NCBI GenBank assembly: GCA_964519975.1 | Contig: CAZFML010000001.1 | Location: 1-28,812, forward strand | Source: an uncultured Planctomycetia bacterium | Lineage (GTDB): Bacteria; Omnitrophota; Gorgyraeia; Duberdicusellales; 4484-171 | Reading direction: 5' to 3' | DNA: 28,812 nt | In this document: piece after piece, positions 1-10,000 of the stretch | How positions within the stretch are numbered: the stretch's first letter is position 1 | Layout: each line of letters opens with the position of its first letter | Translations under genes and position numbers: made by a program | Notes under the pieces: generated by a model | Databases searched by the model: none | What the model was told of the DNA's origin: nothing | Seen by the model: only the letters and a program-made list of their open reading frames with translations

Positions 1-1
1 A

Positions 2-466
2 AAAGACGTAAGGTCAATGGGCAGAACAGCGGCTGGGGTAAAAGGAATTAGATTAAAGAAGGGCAAAGAAGGCAAACCTTCTTCTTCCCCCTTCGTTAAA
101 ACTCGGGAAGCAGATGAGATTATTGGAATGGAGATTATCAAAACACAAAGCACAAAACGCAAAGCAAAGAATTATCTATTGATTGTCATGGAGAATGGAT
201 ATGGAAAAAGGACTAACATTCAAGAGTATCGAGCACAAGGAAGAGGTGGTTCAGGCATTAAAACAGCTAATATTACTGCTAAAACAGGCGAGATTGTAAG
301 TGCCAAGCTTTTGACCGAAGAAAAAGATTTAATTGTTATTTCTCAGAAGGCCCAAGTAATCAGGACAAAGATTTCTCAGATTTCAAAACTTTCTAGGGCT
401 ACTCAAGGTGTGAGGATAATGAGATTGCAGGAGAAAGATAAAGTAGCTTCTGTGATTTGCATATGA
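2..466 (+). CDS. gyrA: DNA gyrase subunit A, C-terminal beta-pinwheel part (5'-truncated by window edge)
   Basis: Frame is open from nt 2 (KDVRSMGRTAAGVKGIRL). Contains GyrA CTD blade repeats LLIVMENGYGKRT, EYRAQGRGGSGIK and SRATQGVRIMRL. TGA at 464-466. Confidence 0.9.
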   Translation, partial: KDVRSMGRTAAGVKGIRLKKGKEGKPSSSPFVKTREADEIIGMEIIKTQSTKRKAKNYLLIVMENGYGKRTNIQEYRAQGRGGSGIKTANITAKTGEIVSAKLLTEEKDLIVISQKAQVIRTKISQISKLSRATQGVRIMRLQEKDKVASVICI

Positions 467-1047
467 GAACATTCTTAAATCCGAATAAAGTTTTAAAACA
501 GCTTAAACTAAAACCAAACATAACAGCGGTTGATTTTGGTTCTGGCTCTGGAAAGATTGACTTTATGCTAGCGGTTAATGGAGCCTCTGTCGACGGCTGG
601 GAAGAAAACATGAATGTATTTTTAAGAAGCATTGCAATGCAGATGAAGATACTTAGAAGGGTTGCTAGCAGGTTTAATAACAGCTTATCTGATGAGGAAA
701 GTAGGTTATTGATTCAAGCAGTTACTAGGGTTAATTTTACTCAAGGCGACGTCTTTACTGCTCAGCCAGCGATTAATTTTAGAGATTATGATGTGGTTTA
801 TCTTTATTATCCTGAGCCCAAAGATGCCATAACGGTACATTTTCTTTCTGAGTTAGGGCGGGTTTTGTCAGATCCTCAGACTGGTATGCGCCCAGATGCC
901 ACATTGGTTATTTTGCGTCAACGAAAAGGCGAGGATCTTGTAATTGAAGGTTTTGATTTAGCTGATTCACGGGAAGTTACACTTACCGAATGCGAAAATG
1001 TTACTACTAGTGTTTTGTACAAATACCGCCTAGCTAAAGGAATTTCT
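463..1047 (+). other. Module 1: class I SAM-dependent methyltransferase-like domain
   Basis: Motif I AVDFGSGSG (DFGSGSG at 532-552), then VDGWE, FTQGDVF and YDVVYLY in the order expected for a Rossmann-type methyltransferase. Confidence 0.7.
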
Positions 1048-4000
1048 TTAGATAATGGAGGCAAGGAGAAATCTTCAGAAGGCTCAAGAGAAATCTCTCC
1101 CCAATTACTGGATAAAATCACAAAGATACAAAGTTGCATGAGAGAAATAGGTTTTACTAGACCGCTATTTTTAGCTGGTTCAACCTTGATTGATCGGCCG
1201 GGAGCTGATTTAGATCTTTTTGTTAGTGAGCGGTTTCGTTCAATATCTATGCGTATCCCTGGTGGTCCGCTTTCGAAATTAGAGGATTTAGTCAAACAAA
1301 GGCTTAAGCTAGATCGGTCAATAATTATACATTATCTACAGCGGGAGATGCTTCTTGAAGATGAATTCGATATAACTTTTAGATATGGTTTTCTTATAAT
1401 TATCTATCCTGATTCTTATGCTGTAGTTAATAAGCCTATAGCTCGGGAGATTTTTATGCATAATTTTATTAATCCAGAAGGCGGCGATAGTAGCAGCTGG
1501 CAAGCTTTAAGCCCCAACTTTGGTAGCGATTCTACCAATAATGATCAGGATGGTTCCGCTAACCTTGATAACGGGGGCAGCAGCAAAAAGAAAGTAAAAC
1601 GCCTAACTGCCCTCGAGAGATTTAAGGCAGACATTGATCAACTTCTTGCTGATCCACAAACCCCTCAGGTAAGCATAACGGCTATCATGGATTTTTACGG
1701 AGAAGGGTTAGAGCGAAATCAAGTATTGGCAGTTCTTTCCGAGAAAGGCTTTCAGCGTCAAAGCGACGAGATCTATTTACTTCCCAAATCCAGAGAAAGT
1801 CTGGATAACGGTGGCCAAAGAAGATTAACCGATCAAGACCAGAGAGATGAGTTGGTTCGCGATGATGGAGTTGGCGGGAGAGTTGTAAGGAGCAAGACTC
1901 CTTCGGGTGCTTATATATATCGTACCGAATCTAGTCCCGGTGACTACCGCAACTATACTGTTAATCCTAGTGCTGAAGAGGTAGTTTCTGCTTATCAAGC
2001 TTACAACTATGAACCAACAGCAATGAATGTAGATCCTAGAGTTCTTAGGAGCATAAGAGAGTGGATTGAAGGCAGATATAAGAGTCTAAAACAAGATCGG
2101 TATTTAAAGCTAGGAGGTTTGCGTCAGAGGGGAGGCGAGGTAAGTCCGTCGCAGTTATATCCCAAGCCAGAGTTTCTTGTTTTTGAATACCGTATGGTTT
2201 TAGGCGGAAAGTTACCTAATAGCGGCAACGCTCTTTCAGCAGATTTGGTATTTTTAGCTGAAGCCGGACGCATAAAAGCTAAAATACTTTCTCCTAAAAC
2301 AGGCGCTGAATACTTTAATCCTCAATGGTTCTCTGACAAGGAAGATTTTCCTCAAGTTAGGGCTGAGCTTGAGCGAGGAAGACCAATCAAAGATTTTATA
2401 GATTCTCGGGAGTCTCTAGATAATGGGGGAAGGAGGGAAGTTTCGAATGAGTTTTCCGGTGGTGGACGACGGACCAATGAAGATCGTGTAGATTTTGTAT
2501 ATTTTCTGGCCGAGTCGTATTTAAATTCTTTGTTTAGTTTTCGTAAATTAAGAGCAAACAATATAGATGTTGCTGGTATGTATATCCCAGCGATTTCAGA
2601 AACGGCAGTTAGAAAGAAAAGAAAAAAATGGCATGTGTCTGATAGTGAGATTGCCGAGCGGGCTTTCCAAATTATGTCTGGGCCGGGGTTTAGACATCAA
2701 ACTGGCTATGCTCTCGAGGGTCTCCTTGATTCCATCTTAGCTTCCGGAGGAAGAAATCAGGCTGCTGATCAGCTGGGAGTTGATCGAACCAGTCTAACTC
2801 GTTGGGTTAATAGCTTACCTAATGATCTATTGGCTAGTTTAGATCAGAGATTAGTTGATAAGAAAAGACAGGTTCTTGACTTATTTGATGAGAACAACAC
2901 TAAGGATTCAGCCAGTTCTTTAGACAATGGCGGTCAAAGGAGCCTTATTGTTTCGGAAGGAGATATTGTTTTTGCTAGATTAAAAGATAACCAAACTTTA
3001 TCCATACCCTATCTCTATTCTGACTCAGCCTTTATAGCCAGAGCCCATACTAAACAAGGAGAGCTTTTGCATATACTTGCTCACATCGGACATAGACCTG
3101 AGCTTCAGGATGGTAGTTATACCGTTGCATCTTCAATAGACCACCAGATGGGATTTTTAATCCGCAATCTTGAACATCTAGGCATGTCTTGGATAGAGTT
3201 TTATCTTAATCTGTTTACTGGCGGAGGAGCCTTAATTTATCAAAGAGCCGAGGAACTGAAAAGGACTTTGGGCCCAAAAGTTAAAGTAGTAGTAAATGAG
3301 AGCAAAAATCGATACCGAACAGCCAGAGATGACCCTGAGGCTTTAGAAGTTAACAATCAGGGCTTTAGAGTCCTTCATAATATTACCCACCGAGGAGTTG
3401 CTCCTACAGTTTATTCTTGGATAGCTTTTTCTGATAGAAAAGATGCAGTTTCTAGATCAGAGCAGAGAAGGAGAGCCTTTGCCCGAAGGCATCTTCGAGC
3501 TCTAGGTCATAAGCCAGATAGCCAGTCTAAATCAGCTTCGCTTGATAACGGCGGTAGTGAATCTGTTTTGGTAACCCGCAATTTTGCAACTATTCAGGGA
3601 GATCAGTTTATTTTGCAACAACCTATGGTTAGGAAAGATGTCGGTAAGGCAAGACTGATCTATCAGGGAAAAAGAAATTACCTCAGAGAAGTTTTTGATA
3701 GGGCAAGAGATACAATTAAGGCTGATGCTGTTCTGTTGTTAGAGCTAGATAGATTAAGAGAAGTAGAGATTCGTGAAGGAAATTTTACTCAGATTTTAGC
3801 TTTGTACATTGATAATGCACTCTATCTTCATGGAGAACTGCTATATCTAGCTGAAAGATACGATAGATTATTAGCTATTTTATTTTTTATTGCACGAACT
3901 CAAAGTTATCCCCAAGCTTCTATCTTTGGTAGTAAAATTTTTGCTCTTGGGCATAGCAGAGAAGTTGTAGCCAGGCAGTTAGAATCTGGAGTGCAGCAAC

Positions 4001-7000
4001 AAGATACAACCCTTACTCATTTTCCTTTTTATACTGAATTTTCTGCAGTCTCTGGTAGCAAGTTTAAGGCCTTATATAGAAAACTCTATGGCCAAGAGGC
4101 TAATCCAGAGGTAGCACGCTTTGCTCAAACTCTTGATAGTCTTAGTCCAGTAGTTATCCCGCTTTACCATGCTATTACTGATGATCGAGGTAAGCCCTTT
4201 TATCCAGAAGGTTGTGGGATGTTCTCGGAAGCTGTGGGTAAATATTTAAGGGAAAGAGGCTTTAAGGCTTATCTTACTAGTAGCTATGATAGTGAGCACG
4301 AGTCTATCATGATAGAGGTAGGTAAGGGATGGTTTTTACTTGACTACACTCCTGATCAGTACCTTCAGAAATCAAAAAATTTTAAAATAAACCCAGTTAT
4401 TATTCCTTTAGATACTGTTGCACAGTGTTTAAACCTTTTCTTACCGTATTATCCTGCTTCACATATGCACGATCGAATTCCTGATGTTGATGAACCGATG
4501 ATGGCTAAAAGTCACCAACTTTATGAAACTATTGTTACCCGCTTAAAGAGTAGCTCTTTAGACAACGGTGGCAGAAAAGTATCTGAATCGGTGTCAGACT
4601 ATAAGATAATGACTAACCAGGGTGAACGTAGGCTTTTGGTTGAAGCTGCAACAGCACTGGTTCATAAACTTAGAGGACAATCCTCGCAACGGACTATTGT
4701 CGCTATCCCTGGTAGCGGTTATTGGGCCGCTAAACTTCTTGAAATAGTTTGGACTAGGCTTTATCCAGATGATCGCATAAAACTCATAACCATGGATGAA
4801 ATAGCAGCTGGTGGTGGGGAAATGGCTAGGACAGAAGCACTAAGGATTCAAGCCAGAGGAGAAGATTTAATTATTTTAGATGACGTTCTTAGCACTGGTC
4901 ATGAAAAAACGATGCGCATAACTCAGTTGGGCATTAATCCTCAAGATTTAAATGCTATTCTGGCGGTGTTGCTAGTTGCACCTGACTTAGCAAGAGGTAG
5001 CTTTGAGTATAGGGATTCTTTTGTCTGTTGTGAAATTCCTCTAGTTTACGGAGAGGCAGCAAATTTAGCTATACACGAAGAGGGTATATGGCGAAAATTA
5101 CCTAAGTGGCATTTTTTGAGAAAGTATTGGGATTCTATTATTAATTCCCCACAGCCTACAGCTGAAGAATACTTTCGGCACAACAACCAGCTTTTAAGCG
5201 AATTCCAAAGGATGGTTAAAGCGGATTCCCTCGACAACGGTGGCCGCTTTTTAAGCAGAAAAATTAATAATGATCATCTACGTAGCGGAACCAGAGTTCG
5301 GCAATATGACTCAAAGAAAGGCTCATCGAGAATCAGCATAGGAGAATCAGCTGATATTATTCCTGAGCAGTATTTGATGCATTGCAATGGTGTTGTTATT
5401 TATGACACGAAAGTTAAGAAGGCAGCTCTGATTCATGCTGGTATGGAAACAAGCTTTGAAGATGCAGAAGATATATTGAGGCAGGCTTTCGATTTGTTAG
5501 AAATAGATATTTCTGATGTAAATTATATAAGTGAAAACATTTTGACAGTTATTGTTAGGGCTAAGCTAGAAAACGCAGAAAAAATTGAGACTTTATTTGC
5601 CAAGGCTTCTGATAATCTTAAATTACCAAGACTGGAGTCAGATCTTAATGATCATTGGCGCAATAGCATGCTTCGGTTTGTGGTTAGCGAAGGTCTGTTT
5701 TTAGCCTTATTGATCGGCGCCGAGAACGAGAGGATTGTTCATTCGATTAACCTAGATGAATTAGCTCATAGAGGAAATTTTGTCGCTAACAGGCGTTCTC
5801 TTAACAACGGCGGTCAGGTCAAATCCGCTCAAGGTGACAGCAGCAGAGATGCTATTGAGTATGGTTTCGGAGTAGATGTTAGTCGTTCGGGAAGAGAGTT
5901 AAAGGTCTATCTTGGCGATCAGGCTTTACATATTGTTTTTGGGGATGATGTTTTGCGTAATAGAATAATCGGCTCCTTGCCATTTGGAGTAAAAGTTGCC
6001 GCCTTCAGGCCGACTTCATATCAATTAGGTTATCGGATCTGCAAGGCTCTGTTGGAATTATTTCCTGAAGATATGCGTCAGGTAATGAGGTTAAGTTCTA
6101 GTGGGGTAGGCATGGCCTTAGCTTTTCCTGAACAGTTTTTTGTTAGCTGCCGGGTTAAATTTTATCCAAACAGGATAGAGATATCTATAGCAGAGAAATC
6201 TTTGCTGGTTTTCTCTTACGATTATGGAAGCGAAGATCCGTTTGGAGGATTGATAATGGCTCCTTTCCTTTTCGCCGATGATGCCGAAGATATACTCGGT
6301 AAGCAGTGGTCTGAGTTTTGGCGGATTAAGCATGCTAAAGTTGTTACTCCTGCCCCTCTATCGGATGGACCCAATCACTTACCTATGGCAATTTTTCAGA
6401 ACAGCCTTGTGCGCGAACTGAATAGAAGAGGAGAGGCAGATGTCTTACGTTTCCTCTTAGAACGAGCTATCTCTGAACCGGGAAGTATCAGGACATTTAA
6501 AGGGTTTAACGCCCCTGCATTCAATGCTGGCTTAGTTCAGGAAGTTTTAGGAGAACTTACTCACGATATATATTTAGAATCTCCTCAAGAGGTGGAGGAA
6601 GACTTAGTTTTTCCTGTAAGCGCAGAGCAGACAGGATTCATGCTTTCTGCGTTCGCATCTCCTAATGTCTGGGTAGGAGCAGAACCGTTAGCGGCTTTAC
6701 CCTCACAGTCAAACCTTGACAACGGCGGCCGAAGAAGAACCTCGGCAGAGGGATTGGCTCTTCGGGATAAGAGCAAGTTTGTAGCTGGAGGTTTAATTAA
6801 TCTAACCATTGCCACAATAATACTCGGAGGTTTTTATCTGCTCAGCCATGGCTATCTCCCAGCCAGTAAAATCTGGGCTTTACACAGCATCAATATTAGT
6901 TTCTACTTATCGGCTATTCTAGCTCTAGCTTTGCCACTGTTGTGGTGGTTTATGTTAAGAGACGAAGTTCCGGCTTTGGAGAGTCGCGATTCTCTGCTAA

Positions 7001-10000
7001 AGGGTGAAGGAACTGGTAAATTAGTAGTTTTAAGTACAGTCGTTACTTCTTTGGTCATTGCCATATTTTGCGCTTTAGCCCATCCGCATCATATCCCGAT
7101 GTTTATCCTTACCTTTATCATGCTTTTATTTCCGCTTAATGTATTTTTTAACGGATTTTTTGCTATTGCCTTTGATGTTCCGGGTATTGTCCAGGGCAGA
7201 CCATTTAGAAATCGTGGTTACACCAACATTCCGGTTGAAGTAATTGAAGATACCAGGGGATTAACCGCTACGCTTTTAGTTCCGATATACGATGAAGATT
7301 TTACTAAGGTTGAACCTACCCTGGAAGCAGCCTTAAGAGAGGTGGCTGATTTTAATACTCATAATGGAGAAGCCAGAGTCTGGGTTTGTGATGATGGCTT
7401 GCAGAAATTTTCCGATAATGATGTTGAGGGATTTTATCAAGCTATTCAGGACAAATTAGCCGGAGGAGTTGTTTTAAGTAAAGATGAAGAAAATTTCCTT
7501 AGGCGGATGCAGTTTTATCAGAATCATCCCGAGATAGTAGTTGTTGCCCGACCTTATCCGGTACAGGGAGATGCTGATACCCAGAGAGCCGGTAGTTTTA
7601 AGAAGGCCAGCAATCTTAACTACTCAATCAGACTTTCGGAAATGATTGATACCCGGATTAAGCAAGGAGATAGTTTTGCTGACTCCCTAGCTGCAGTAAG
7701 ACTCGAACAGCCTAAATACGCCTTAGGATATATGCGCGGAGAAGGAGTTGTCGGAGATTACTTATTGTGTCTGGATAAAGACAGCTATCTTATCCCTCAA
7801 GGGGTATTAAGGCATACTTTAGGAGAGTTTCTTAATGATCAAAGGTTAGCCTTTACTCAGCATCGGATAATACCTTTAAACGAGACTGATTCTTTTTATT
7901 CGAGGATTAGTGGGTATTTCCTGCGGATGCTTTATGGTTATGCTTTACCGGTAAAATCTATTCTTGGCGGAATGGTTCCTTTGATGGGGCATAATTTCAT
8001 CTTAAGGAAATCTGCTTTAGTTGAGAGCGATTTGTGGCGGGAAGATAGAGCTACTGAGGATATTAACTTAAATCTTACTCTCCAGACACTGGGTTATCAT
8101 AGCAGGTTCGTAGCTTATCCTAATATGGATTTTGGCGAAGAAGTAACTACCAGCTTTTCCGATGATGCTGGCAAGTTCAGCCGCTATGCCTACGGTATGA
8201 TTGAGATTGTTTTTAATCCTTTGTTAAGCTGGTTAAGAAGAGGGCCCTTGACTCAAGGGATGATAAAGTTTATCTTTTCGACTTCAGCCAGAATAGAGCA
8301 TAAGCTAGATTTTCTTTTTTATGCTTTATCTTATCTTAATCTGGCTATGATTATACCGTTTAATCTTTTTGGAATTAGTTATCCTTTGCTTTGGGGGGTT
8401 ATTCTGGGTAATTTTGTCTTTTTAATTATCCTGTTTACGATTGCAATACCTACAATGATGACCTTTATGACTCATAAAGGTACTAATGCCATACATCATC
8501 AACATAGAAATCTCCTATCAGCAATTGCTTATAATGTTTCACTGGGTTATCTTATGGGGCTTTCCTTTATCGCTTACTCTCTGGGTATAGCCAAAAGCAT
8601 TGTTTTAGCTCTGTTTACCCGGCAGGCGGATTTTAAAGCTACTCGGGTCGATGAGCGTTCTGAGATGAGCACAAAAGAAGCTTGGCAGGAGTTAGCAGTA
8701 ACTAGCAGCGCAACCATAATTGTTGGACTCCTGGCAGCTTTAAGTTTCTGCACTTATATTATTAGAGGCGAACCTAGTTTTGTAATCTATTTTGCCCTTT
8801 ATCCAATAGCAGTTCAACTTTTAATACCTTATTTGTTTAACCCTTACCTATCGCGGTTGGTAGGTCTGGGGAAAAAAGAGAGTGCTTCTTTTGCTGAAAG
8901 ATTAGAGCAGCGAATGGAGCTAATTTCCCAGAGAGAGCAAACCACAAACCAGTTTCAGCCTCAAACTCAACCCGGTTTAAGACGCTTATTAGCCAGAGGT
9001 GTTTTATTTATCGAAGTCCTTGGCTTAGGGGTAATATTTCGTCTTTATACCGACCGGCTAAGTGCCCTTGAATATGCTTTAGCAACGATTGTTCTGCCGG
9101 TAATATTGTTTTTATTTTATCGGGCCTGGCTAGCAAGGACCGATAAAAGAGCCGGTTTTCGGGCTTATCAGCTCAGCGCTCTTTCTTTGTTAGGGACGAT
9201 GTTCGGGGTGGCTTTAGTCTGTGCTATGTTTCGAGGCCATGTTTTAACCTCGGTAGACAACATTAGTTATTTTTTCGAGTATGATCAATATTGGGGGTTG
9301 ATCGAGAACGTTTCAGGTATCTATATGTTCTTTTTAGCGACTATTTTAATTGCAGCTATTGGCTTTAGCCTGACCGTAAAATATTTTATCGGAGAGTTTA
9401 AAAGAGCTTCTCTTGGCAAAATCGTAAAAGTCTTTATAGCGGCAGTTATTTTACCTCTGGCTTTTATTATGTTAATGCTCGATTCAGGTTATGCCTATGG
9501 CGGCTGGGGGATAGTTTTTCTGGGAATTACTTTTAATTTAGCAATAATTATTGCTGGTATTAAATTACGCGATCGTATTCATCCCAGTTCTCGACTGAGT
9601 CCGGCCAAGGATAAATCAGAGGAGAAAAGTCCTGGCAGGGCCGGAGGCAGGGAGATTCAAAATTTAGGCCTTCCTATACCCGATGAAGCTTGGAGGGGAT
9701 TCAATGAAGTGGCTTGGGCTGAAAGTTGGCTTGAGTGGTCTCAGAGACAAGTTCGTTCTCCTCCAGCAAAGGATCAGAACCAAACTCCTTCCGATTGCCC
9801 GGAAAAAAAATCCTTCGATAACGGCGGCCGTAGACGGTCGAGGAGGAAAAAACCAACTCGCAGAAGTAACCAATCTTCAGGTTTAAGTCCCGTCCCTACG
9901 GTTGCTAGGGGCAGCCTAGTTAAGGGTTTAGTTACCTATATCAATATAGCCCATGATTCAGAAGAAGATTTCTTAAGATTCAAAGAATATCTTGATCAAG

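Noticed and set aside
457-462. TTG start at 457 given by the ORF track
   Set aside because: ATG 463 overlaps the gyrA stop in the standard ATGA arrangement and is more plausible.
1048-1062. Match of the linker to the LxGG (ubiquitin/PLpro) or C39 double-glycine leader consensus
   Set aside because: Leu is at -5 (LxxGG), not -4, and the periodic hydrophobic leader helix is missing, so only the general GG analogy is kept.
9683-9886. Alternative + frame ORF (MKWLGLKVGL...IARKK) running through an A8 tract at 9803-9810, suggesting a hidden frameshift or slippage
   Set aside because: The main frame is open throughout and the alternative frame is closed by a stop at 9665-9667, so two compensating shifts would be needed. 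There is no evidence without homologs or reads.
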